Positions 50,140 to 61,600 of a stretch of 64,000 bases of DNA are shown in pieces. Location of the stretch: positions 5,890,001-5,954,000 of the forward strand of contig NC_134029.1 of NCBI RefSeq assembly GCF_964204645.1. Direction: 5' to 3'. Source of the stretch: Tubulanus polymorphus (taxonomy: Eukaryota > Animalia > Nemertea). Below the pieces are notes generated by a model. The model was not told the DNA's origin and searched no databases. It saw only the letters and a list, made by a program, of their open reading frames with translations. Positions within the stretch are counted from its first letter, which is position 1. Each line of letters opens with the position of its first letter. The translations under genes and the position numbers were made by a program.

Positions 50140-52040
50140 TGAGTAGTTGATCTCAAGCTGGGTTTTTCTCATAGTTGATATTTAGCTGCAATAATTAAAA
50201 GAAGACATCCTGTAATGACCAAATATTTCAATAAGAATTAATCGTAATAATTTCATGTATATCAAGTTACCTTTTATGATTGCTTGGTTCGTTATTGTGT
50301 GGATCATCTAAAGTTGGTGGGTTAATGAGTTCGATTCTTTTGGCCTCATCTGTGCGTAATTAAAAGAATAATCATAATTAAAAGAAGGCATCCTGTAATG
50401 ACCAAATATTTCAATAAGAATTAATCGTAATAATTTCATGTATATCAAGTTACCTTTTATGATTGCTGGTTTCATTATCGGCGATTATCTTATTAGTTGA
50501 TTGGTTAATGAGTTCGATCCTAGTTGGCTGTGCGCCGTACAAGTTAGTCGATTTTTGACGAGTAGTTGTTCTCAAACTGGGTTTTTTCGCATAGTTGAAA
50601 TTTAGCTGCAATGATTAGAAGAAGATATTCTGTAATGAATAACGTAATAACTTCATGTATATCAAGTTACCTTTTATGATTGCTTGGTTCGTTATCGGTG
50701 TGGATCATCTAAAGTTGGTGGGTTAATGAGTTTGATTCTGTTGGCCTCGTGCGCTGTTCAAGTTGGTCGATTTTGGACGAGTAGTTGATCTCAAGCTGGG
50801 TTTTTTCGCATAGTTGAAATTTAGCTGCAATGATTAAAAGAAGATATCCTGTAATGACCAAATATTTCAAAAAGAATTAATCGTAATAATTTCATGTATA
50901 TCAAGTTACCTTTTATGATTGCTTGGTTCGTTATCGGTGTGGATCATCTAAAGTTGGTGGGTTATTGAATTTGATTCTGTTGGCCCAATCTGTGCGCTGT
51001 TCAAGTTGGTCGATTTTGGACGAGTAGTTGATCTCAAGCTGGGTTTCTTCTTATAGTTGAAATTTAGCTGCAATAATTAAAAGAAGATATCCTGTAATGA
51101 CCAAATATTTCAATAAGAATTAATCGTAATAATTTCATGTATATCAAGTTACCTTTTATGATTGCTGGTTTTAGTATCGGCGATTATCTTATTAGTTGAT
51201 TGGTTAATGAGTTTGATCCTAGTTGGCTGTGCGCCTTTCAAGTTAGTCGATTTTTGACGAGTAGTTGTTCTCAAACTGGGTTTTTTCGCATAGTTGAAAT
51301 TTAGCTGCAATGATTAGAAGTAGATATTCTGTAATGAACAAATATTTCAATAAGAAATAATCGTAATAATTTCATGTATATCAAGTTACCTTTTATGATT
51401 GCTTGGTTCCTTATCGGTGTGGATCAACTAAAGTTGATGGGTTAATGAGTTTGATTCTGTTGGCCTCGCGCGGTGTTCAAGTTGGTCGATTTTGGAAAAG
51501 TAGTTGATCTCAAGCTGGGTTTCTTCTTATAGTTGAAATTTAGCTGCAATGATTAAAAGAAGATATCCTGTAATGACCAAATATTTCAAAAAGAATTAAT
51601 CGTAATAATTTCATGTATATCAAGTTACCTTTTATGATTGCTTGGTTCGTTATCGGTGTGGATCATCTAAAGTTGGTGGGTTAATGAGTTCGATTCTGTT
51701 GGCCCCATCTGTGCGCTTTCAAGTTGGTCGATTTTGGACGAGTAGTTGATCTCAAGCTGGGTTTCTTCTTATAGTTGAAATTTAGCTGCAATAATTAAAA
51801 GAAGGCATCCTGTAATGACCAAATATTTCAATAAGAATTAATCGTAATAATTTCATGTATATCAAGTTACCTTTTATGATTGCTGGTTTCATTATCGGCG
51901 ATTATCTTATTAGTTGATTGGTTAATGAGTTCGATCCTAGTTGGCTGTGCGCCGTACAAGTTAGTCGATTTTTGACGAGTAGTTGTTCTCAAACTGGGTT
52001 TTTTCGCATAGTTGAAATTTAGCTGCAATGATTAAAAGAT
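50140..52040 (-). repeat. ~240-bp tandem array (8 units) with two variants in order A,B,A,A,B,A,A,B; each unit looks like a minus-strand exon plus 85-nt intron
   Basis: GTATATCAAGTTACCTTTTATGATTGC recurs with minus-strand donor positions at 50270, 50453, 50670, 50909, 51152, 51389, 51628, 51870; acceptor-like TCTTCTTTTAATCATTGCAG in most units. Confidence 0.9.
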
Positions 52041-52065
52041 GATCAGTGAGGTCCCCTAAGTTGGT

Positions 52066-52220
52066 TGTCTAATTTTACATTTCTTTGCTCTTTTTTCGTG
52101 TAAATAGTCCGAAAGTTTACAAGGTTTAAGATAATTTCGTCTAATTTTTACATTTCTTTGGTCTTTTTTTTCATGTAAATAGTCCGAAAGTTTACAAGGT
52201 CGTAATTTTGTCTAATTTCA
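52066..52220. repeat. Short tandem duplication (~72-bp unit, ~2 copies)
   Basis: GTCTAATTTT(T)ACATT...GTAAATAGTCCGAAAGTTTACAAGGT occurs twice. Confidence 0.75.
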
Positions 52221-52583
52221 AATTTTTTTGTAGTTTAAGTTTTTTTTAAATCGGAAATCGAAGTACAGATATAGTTGTGTGATCGGCGGTCGATTTCACA
52301 TAAATTTCTTTTTCTTTAAATCCGAGCACATAATTGGGAAATTTGGTTCCGGTTCATTCAATTAATCTTCCAACCAGTCTGAACCGGTAAGCGACTGATT
52401 GGGGTCAATTAAGTTGACTGCCTATTTCAATACATCGAGATTTGGAATATCTATATTACAAGGTTGAAGATCATTTTGTACATTTTATGACTAGTTGATT
52501 AGTAGTATAGCTGAAAAAAGAAGAGCAGAGTCTTGTGAGCAGAAAATCCTTTCAAATATCACTGATAATAATTAAGGTGTCAA

Positions 52584-52586
<3 letters not shown>

Positions 52587-52640
<54 letters not shown>

Positions 52641-52673
52641 ATATATATATACACATATATATATATATATATA
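52587..52673. repeat. Interrupted (AT)n microsatellite
   Basis: Long AT run with GTGT and ACAC interruptions. Confidence 0.95.
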
Positions 52674-55490
52674 AGATCAGCAATGTGGACCGGTAAGTAG
52701 ATTATGAGTAGATTATGATAATAGTCAATTATTAAACAATATCTATATGAAATTCAACTCATATCGTAATTCATCTATATTCTAGATATCTAAGCAACGG
52801 TTGATTATTATAGTTTAACAACAATTCCACTAAAGCATCTCTAGTCATCTCTAGGAATACCAGAGTTACAACAAATTTAGTAATGCATAATCAATCTTAT
52901 CAAATTGTTTTTGTACTGATTCCCAATATACATTTCGATTGTCAGCTAAACCATTTTCGCATTATCAAATTAACTTCATCGTCAATTAATAAACTTTAAG
53001 AGATATGTTTTCTACCCACAGAAGGCGACACCTGTGCCCATGAATGTTATTCTAATCCATTCCAGTAATTCTAAATATTGCTCCTAATATATATCTTGTA
53101 ATTATGATAATATAACAAACTGTGCGTTGCCAGCATTGAGCACACTGATCCTGGTCAACATGGTTCTACAGATTTAAGAAACCTTGAATCATTCAAACGC
53201 CTTGACAAATCCAGAATTCTGCAAAGCCTAAAAAGATTCAATAAATCCCACGTCTAAGAGACAGAGCGTGAACACACCCTGTTTTCTTTAGATATCAACC
53301 AATTAGATTATACAGTTTTCTTATCAACCCCTACGGTTTAGATTTGAGCACTTTTACCTTATATGAAGATGCTGAATCACTCAATTTATTTCCTAGCTAT
53401 AATTAAAATTGTCTCTGACAATATTTTATACGGGGCTTGATATTTCTACACGACAAGAATTTCAGATCTGGTTTTGATTGATCACTATTTCAAAATGCTT
53501 ATTTTGCATCAGAGCTTTTGATATCTAGTTTGACGAATACAGAATTCCCCAAAACCTAACTGATTCAACAGATCCCACACACATGTCGCCCAGTTATGAC
53601 GCAGGTGACATTGCACGTTACAGTCGTCTCATCCACTGCACTATCTTTTAAATACTTTTCACTTATATTCATTACATTGAATTAATTTTAATTAATCTTC
53701 TAGATATCTAAGCGATCCGTTTATTAGTAATCATACTAGCTACATTTTAATAGTCAGTTGAACATGGAGCCTGAAAATCTACATGAGTACAATTTCAGAT
53801 GTGGTGAATTCATCACTCTTTAGAATTCATCAGAAATTAAGATAAAAGCACAATTAAGTGGTAAATAAGAAATTCCCTTAAAGCCGAATTGCTATATAAT
53901 CTTTATTTCCCTTTTATAGTAGTACACTGTGTGTAAGGACCGAAAGACCTTGTTATGACCGGACCTCCCTGGTGCGGTGCAAGACATGATGCTAGAAAAT
54001 AGTTTGAAGGAGAGGGGTTAGTAAAAGAGAGCTATTAGCAAGAGGACCATAAGCACTGCAGTTGGAGATGGAAATACTGATCAGTCGATGAGACTGATTC
54101 AGATGTGCTCATACATATATCAGCTATATTTAAATTTTCAGTTTTACGACATTTATATTATGGACCTGTATTACATACCGTATAAATAGTTTTTGATCTT
54201 AGAAATATTGAATCCATCTTAATTGTGGATTTAAGCCATTGGTTAATGAGCAATTTTTCCTAGCTATATATGATAATTGTCAGTCAAACAATAATCAAAG
54301 CACAAAACAAGGCACAGAGTATGGCTTTCGGGAATGATTTGAACCAATTGAAGCTTTGTTTTATTCTAGATTTGTCAAAGTGCTGAGACCTAATCAGAGT
54401 TTCAAAAAGACCCACAGTCCATAGTTTTCCCCATATATATTACACCAGATCTCGATCTAGTGTCCACAGCCCTAGACACTATTTTATACATCTTTCCCCC
54501 AGAAATTCATCAATGCAATGGGTAAAGCACCATATAATATATACTGTGAAGTGCCTGAATGTTTATAAGTGACATATAAATGACATATGTATCAATATAT
54601 TATTTGTAAAAAAATCTATTTACTGACGATAAAGTTTAATTGATATATAGGCCTATCTTTACACGTAAAGCCAGCCTTAATGTATATGGGGCCCTAAAAT
54701 ATCTACACCAGAAGAATTTTTCATCAAACATTATACGATATTGAATGATTGCTAATATCTAAGCAATTGGTTAATTAGTAAATTGTCTTATCTATATAAT
54801 CAGTTAAACAATAGTCATATGAGGCCTGAAATATCTACGGTACATTCGAAAAATTTCAAATGTCACATAAGATATTGAATTTACCTTAATTGTACATACT
54901 TACAAAATCTTTTAATCAATAACTGACCAATCTACATTTTAATTATCAGACCAAAAAATATTTAAGGGACCTCACTCCTAAGTCCTAAGGGACATTGCCT
55001 AGCTATATTTCAATTTACTACCGGCCACAGAGCTTCAATAAAGGAGTGCGGAGATGGTGAGCTTGACCAGCGTCTCTATCCTCTCCAGTGCCTATGCATT
55101 CTACCCCAGATATGAAAAATCAACTTAGCTTTATGTATGTATGCATTCCTGTTGCCATGCAGGATGAGGTCAAGACTGCCAGGTTCGGTTGCGGCAGGTC
55201 TTTGGTGGTACTTCAAGGTGGAGTCTTTTGTGGGCACTTCTGGTGGGCAGATTTAAGATGGGCCTTTCCGGATTAACCTGAAATGAGTAAAAGAACAATA
55301 TTCTGTAGTTACATAATCCTTTCCGTATCACTCATCGTAATTTACATGTGAATCAACTTAACTGTCAATATTGCTGAATTTAGTGTTCTTTTTTCGGCAT
55401 CGTCTTCGTTGTAGTCACCTTCAGCATCAACTTCTTCATCTCGGGAGTCCTGAAATGAAAAAAAAGAGAAAAGCGATGAAAACCTGGTAC

Positions 55491-56289
55491 GGAACAAAAC
55501 TAATGTCCGAAAGCTTTTCAGCTCTCCGTTGCCGGTCACATGCCGAGAACACCAGACAAAGAGCCAGCCAGAAATATACTGCCCTCTACACACCCTCACA
55601 CAGAACGTGAAAACCAATATGACGACGCCTTACTTTCACCATTTACCGACAGGGTGTGCCGGGTGACGACAGTAACTGACAAACCTATCAAATTACCCAA
55701 GCCAAAAATAGGGCAGCGCAACTGGATTGCCCACACTAGCACTCAAAGGAAGACAAGACTTAGCCCTGCCCGAAGCAACCCACGCGGAATCAATGAATAC
55801 TAACACTCAAAGGAAGACAGGAAAATTAATCCCTGCCCGAAGCAATCCCTTAAAAGGAATCAATGAATGCTAGCACGTAAGCGATCCCGCAGTGAATTAA
55901 TGAATCCTAGCACGCAAAGGAAGACAGGGAAATTAATCCCTGCCCGAAGCAATCCCTTAAAAGGAATCAATGAATGCTAGAACGCAAAGGAAGACAAGAC
56001 TAAATCTTTGCCCGAAGCTATTCCTGAAAAGGAATCAATGAATACTAGTAGACAGTCAGGCTTTACCACTCCACTTTTAACCCGTGCAATCCGACTGATT
56101 TGCCCGTCATTGACGTCACCAAGCACACTCTGTTGATACGTGGGGAGAGTGAGGCCTCGTCATCCTGGTTTTCGTGTTCCGTATAAGGGCGTGTAGAGGG
56201 CAGCCATTTCCTGACCAACTCTTTGTCTGATATCCTCGACACGTGACCGGCGAAGGAGAGCCGACGCTTTCAGACATTAGTTTTGTCCC
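55491..56289 (-). ncRNA. Candidate long hairpin RNA: ~250-bp inverted arms (55491-~55743 and ~56041-56289) around a tandem-repeat loop
   Basis: Manual alignment of arm 1 with the reverse complement of arm 2 over 240 columns: ~170 identical, ~39 differences forming G:U pairs on a minus-strand RNA, ~13 forming A-C, ~16 transversions, one 2-nt gap. Minus-strand splice signals flank the structure. Confidence 0.5.
55736..56050. repeat. ~68-bp tandem repeat (4 full units + 1 short) forming the loop of the foldback
   Basis: CTA(G/A)CAC(T/G)CAAAGGAAGACA...TGCCCGAAGC...GGAATCAATGAAT units starting at ~55736, 55800, 55870 (short), 55907, 55977. Confidence 0.88.
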
Positions 56290-58601
56290 AGCAAACGTTG
56301 AAATTCGACAGAGAAATCGGCCCTGAAAAATAAAACGGGTTAAATCCTGAAAAATAGAACGGATTAATAAACACGGAACAGTACAGGACAGTACGGAGAC
56401 GAACAGTAACACATAAAACATAAAGACATCGTTCCTCAGGAAGCAGGAACAGGAGCAGGAGCGGGAGCGCAGCGAAAATTGCCAGGAGGAGAACCCACGG
56501 TAGCATGTTCACAGTGTGAGTAAGCCGAGGTGAATGGCCTATGCTTACGTACACCGTGGTCAGCCGGTGACGTATCCAATAGCGCGTATAAATGATATCA
56601 ACAACTCTTGTGCCTCTATTGTTGAATGGATTTACATTATGAAAGGTTCCACTGCCGGGTTGAATACGCGCCAGTAGTCAGCTGAACAATATAGTGGAGG
56701 AACTTTAATAAGGCCATGAAATAAATTACTTTATTCCCAACAGCTACCTGTTTTTTCTGCTTAAATTCTAGAATGATTTATAAATTATACCGACCGATAG
56801 CACTTCAGTTAAAGATTCACACCAACACAGGTCTTCATGTACCCCGAGATAACTAACTCACACCATGCACGAGAAAGCGGTCTATTTGAGTCATTGGGGG
56901 GAAAACCGTTCATTCTTTAAGCCAAGTGGCCTCTCAGGGCAGGTTCTGGAAAATCTGCAGAATGACTCATATGCATTCATACCGTTATCACAGAATCCCG
57001 TCAATAGAAAAAACTCCTTGATTCAATTGAGGGGAGACATAGGCTTTTTTAATTACTTGGAGCACCGATCATCTTAAATTCTGCCAAAACTCATGCTTAC
57101 CACTCATAATTTTAAAAAAAACAAATTGTTTTCTTTAATATTGATACTGTACTGCAGATTATATTAAACGGTACATCATCATGTAAATTTAGGAAAGTCC
57201 ATATTAGAATTTCGTTTCTTGTTCCAAATTACTCTTATCCCATTTTTGATTTTGGTCAGAGTATGGCAGTATCAAATCATGCGTACAGGCTCAGTCTGTC
57301 CATGAGGATACTAGTTGTGATAAGTCAGACAAGTCATGATTAGGCATTGATGCAATTCACTAAGTGAAAAACTGCCACCTGCCACTTTTTTCCGCATTAA
57401 GTGTTAAATTTTGCTTAAGCATAAAAAATCATTTCATCATTGATGCCGGTCCTCTGATAGAAGAAAAATAAACTCAAAAGAAAAACCATTCAGTAAATGA
57501 TAATACATGTAATAATATTGAGTTTATTAATCACAATGCAATAAAAGTGGTAATTTTCAATTTGCCTCGTGCAAATTCATACACTCGTGGTTGTAATTTG
57601 GTCACAATTCTCTGGTGCCATTTTGCCTTTTAGAATCGGATTATTTCACAGGATCATCAAATACCCATTTCCCACAGGCAGTTCACAAATCATAATTAAC
57701 TCATAAGTAATTATTTGTTTTATGCGCACTCAATACAAGGAATCTGTAATTTTTTGCTATCCTCTCCTGGTGTTCCTTTAATATCCTGATACAAAAGCCA
57801 ACAAGTATAAGACAAAGTGTCAAAATAATTATCTTTATTCTATAAAATATGGGCTGCTCGTCCAGCAAGCCAACCATATACATGTATACTCAATTTCTAC
57901 ATCTCTATCACCGTATAAAAATAATTTCCAATTGTTAAATACATTAGGGAAATAAATAGACAAAATAAATTAGAAGACCAAATACTGAACTTGTAATACC
58001 TCTACTACAAATAATTTATGTATCGGACATTTCCTTCTTCGCGTAAAAGAAGACGAAAACATTTTCGAAATTAATACGAAACACAACCAATATATCGAAC
58101 AAACTTTCTTTGTGTTAATCAGTGTAGTATCAACAATCGAAATGACAGAAAGTAACAAACAGTAAATTCCACCAAATTTAGATGATCTGTTGGAATTGAT
58201 TATTCTATATTGATCGATTGTTCACGGAAGACCCGAATGATTTTATAGACAAGTTTTAGGGTAGAGTGGAACCTCATTATAACCAAATTTGGATTTAATG
58301 ATTTATCAATTATTACTAATCTAGAATTTGGTTAAAAACGGACAATTTTGATAATTCCATACTGGATATAACGAAATAACAGTTATAAAGAATAGATTTT
58401 CTGGTACCTTTGAAGTTCGTTGTAACGAAATTCCATAGCATTCAAAACCAGCACTGGATTTTGATGTAGTTTTTACATATATATGTTCTATAAAGTACAG
58501 ACATGGATATTTTTTCATCATGATTTCTACGTTTTATCCACTGACACACAGTTCAGTCGCGGCGAATAAGTTCTCATGGTAACAATAAATTCAGTTCAAA
58601 A

Positions 58602-61600
58602 TCAAGATTTTGATTTTAGTACAGCTCGCTCTGCTTCTCGAACTTTCCTGAGTTTTTTGTCTTGATCTTTCATCAATTGAGCCATTTCTTGAAATAAAAG
58701 AACACATTTTTTACTGTGATTTTCATTTCCACTTAAAATTTGTATACTATCGTATACAGCTGGGTTCAATATGAAATCCACAGGTGGAACGCGAGGTCCC
58801 TAATCAATAAACGCCAAGACATTCTCTGCGAAATCTTACCTCTATTTTCATGTTTCAAATGAGCTCCGACTAATGACAGATTTTGTATTTTCTGCTCTAA
58901 ACGCTGACACAGTTGCTGCGATTCCGAGGCCATCGACGAAGCTGTTGACTTTCTCCCAATGTTGCTACCACTCGACCGATGGTTATACGTTGATGATAGC
59001 AATGTCGGTTGTGGTTTTGATGAACCGTTAACTGAAAATATATATATATACATGATATATGAAAGCATTTTTCAAGATACATGTTCAAAAACTGGAAATC
59101 ATACCGGGGCGGTTAAGTATTACTCAGAAAAAGAGTTAAGATTAGTTTATTATCAGTGTTCTAACTGTAGTCAAATCTTAACCCTGAACTTGGTGTCGGG
59201 GTCAGTTGGTTATAAACTTAACCACCAGACCATTGTTTCGACTAGTATCCTAACATTCATCTCCAGGAATTTCGCAAGAAATAGCTCAAGGAAAACTTTC
59301 GGATTCATTCTCCCTCTCCATATTGCAGGATTTAACCATATGAAATATTCTTTGGCCAAGTGGCAAAAATCTGATCAGCACAGGTGAATGCGGTATCTTT
59401 AACTTACATGCCGTTGATGTAAGTGGTTCTCGCGGTGAAAGTAGATCACTGACTGGCGATAAACGCCCAGTAGTTTCATCCTTTACAGGACTCTGTACCG
59501 AATTCATCTCGAGATAGAGATCCAACTTTTGCGGTGCCGAATGTCGCTGGCAATCAGTTTCAAACTGGACCGTTTTTGGACTTCGAGATGGTGGTCTAAA
59601 AATAAAAAAATTGTATTATCTCGATGAACAAAAATACATCTGAATACGAGAAAGAATTCTTGCACTGGTTTCAGATCATTGACAAAACTGCTTACCGTTC
59701 CTGAGTGTCAATATTGTTGTTATTTGTCTGGGCGAGATTTGTACTTTGGCTTATGAGGGCTCGCATTTCATGCAGTAAACTTTTCAGCTCTTGTCCAGCG
59801 CCATCGACAGGCACGACGTTATCCTAGAAAATTCATGCAAAGATCTGTTTATTACGACGCAAGCGGAAAAGTTAAGCTTTAATCGCAGAGGAAGAATTTG
59901 ATACAACGTACCCGTACCATGACTTTGCTATCACTTGTTGATGGAGGTACAATAGATGTGTGAGCATTGAACAGTTGAGGACATTGAGAACTAATCATGG
60001 GTGGCAATTCTCGGTTTAAAGATCCGGTTCTTAGTACTTCCTGTAAAATAATGATTAATACACAATTTAAAAGAATGATCTTTCAAAGATATGAATTCAA
60101 TTTTTTCTCATCGGATGAGCGACAGACAAACCTTCAATTCTAACTGATGTTTCAATTTCAGACGCGCGATATCTTGTTCTAACGCTTCTATTTGACTTTG
60201 TGCCGCTGCGTTCTTCAATGTAGCCTGAAGAAGTTTCATGAGTATAGTCTTCAGTAACAACTTTGACTCGCTAAGAAAAACTTAAACTTTAGGCTACCTA
60301 AAAATTACCTTTTCATAAGAGGATGCAGTTTTCGACGTGTCCTCTCGGATATCTTTGTATTTTGTTATGTACATTTCCAGTTCTTTTGTTAGCTTCTCGT
60401 TCTGAGCACCGGTTGTTGTTACGAGGGATGCTAATTTCTCATTTTCTTCCTCGTGGACAGTTTTTTCCTATGCAAATGTAAATAGAACAAATTTAGGCAT
60501 GGTAAAAGAAGTGTGATTCATTCTCGGTCTGAAAAATATACTATACTAATTACCTTTTTCAAAGATTCTATGCATTCTTCCAGCCAGTATATTTTGCTAT
60601 GCAGTGAGTCCAATTGACCACGTTTTGCTGTAACTTCTTTCTGCATTTTTCCAGCTGCCTTCATCGCTATAATTACAAAGAGAAACAATACTAAATTCAA
60701 GCTTAATATATGAACAACAACAGGGCCTGCTATCATAGTTTTCGGTAAAAGTTTGAATTCAGAGTTGAAATATAGGAAATAAACTAATTCTTAATCTTTT
60801 CGAGTCAAACCTAAGCCACAACTGAAGAATGGTACATGTTCTTTCATATAAACACCTACCTTTTCCTCCAAATCCTTCTTTTCTTTTTAAAGCTTTCTTA
60901 GCAAGTTGAAGGTCCTTTTCAGTGGCTACAATATTCATAGATAACCATGTTAAGTAATTCAACACAAATCGGGAGGTGATCTGCTCGGATTGGAAATAGA
61001 TCCTATCATTCCTACCTTCTAACTTTGTGACAAGTTTCTTCACTTGTTTCTGCATGTCACCTTCGGTTCCATCGAGCACCTTTTTCAACGCGTCGAGTTC
61101 GTCCTTCAGGAAGGCGACTTCATATCGACTCTCTTTCAACTCGAGGAACAGACCTTCTTTATCAGCTTTGATTTCTTCAGCCTCTTTAACCTTCATCTGA
61201 GGAAATAGAAAAATGATTTTCTATTCAGCAACAAGCAAATCCGTAAATCCTTGATTATCTCATCATCAAGATAATTACAGTAATATCATCTTTCATTTTT
61301 GCCGAATCTGCTTCCAGTTCTTTCAGACGTTTTTCGCGAATTTTCAACTTTCTCAACACGCTGTCTCGTCCGACTTTCAGCTCTTCGATTTCGGCGATCT
61401 TTTCGTTGATCATATCGCCGAGTTTTTCGTGTTCGTCTTTCATCACGTGCTCGTGGCGAGATTTGATTTCGAGCGCGCTCGTCACTTCCTGAGACTTTTT
61501 CAGCAGCGTTTCCAGATCGTGCTTCTTTTCATGAACGTCGGCGCGAATGTCTTTCAGCTATGAAAAATCACAAATTTCAGAATTAGGAATTCCTAGGACC

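Noticed and set aside
50140-52040. CRISPR-like or prokaryotic repeat-spacer array
   Set aside because: Whole 240-bp units are repeated with no unique spacers, there are no cas genes, and the context is eukaryotic.
55736-56050. CRISPR-like array in the 68-bp repeats
   Set aside because: Units are similar along their whole length; there are no unique spacers.
56270-56554. Signal-peptide-like small ORF MLPWVLLLAIFAALPLLLLFLLPEE
   Set aside because: Hydrophobicity comes from a pyrimidine-rich CTCCTG-type low-complexity tract that appears intronic (between donor ~56548 and acceptors ~56348/56324); no homology recognised.
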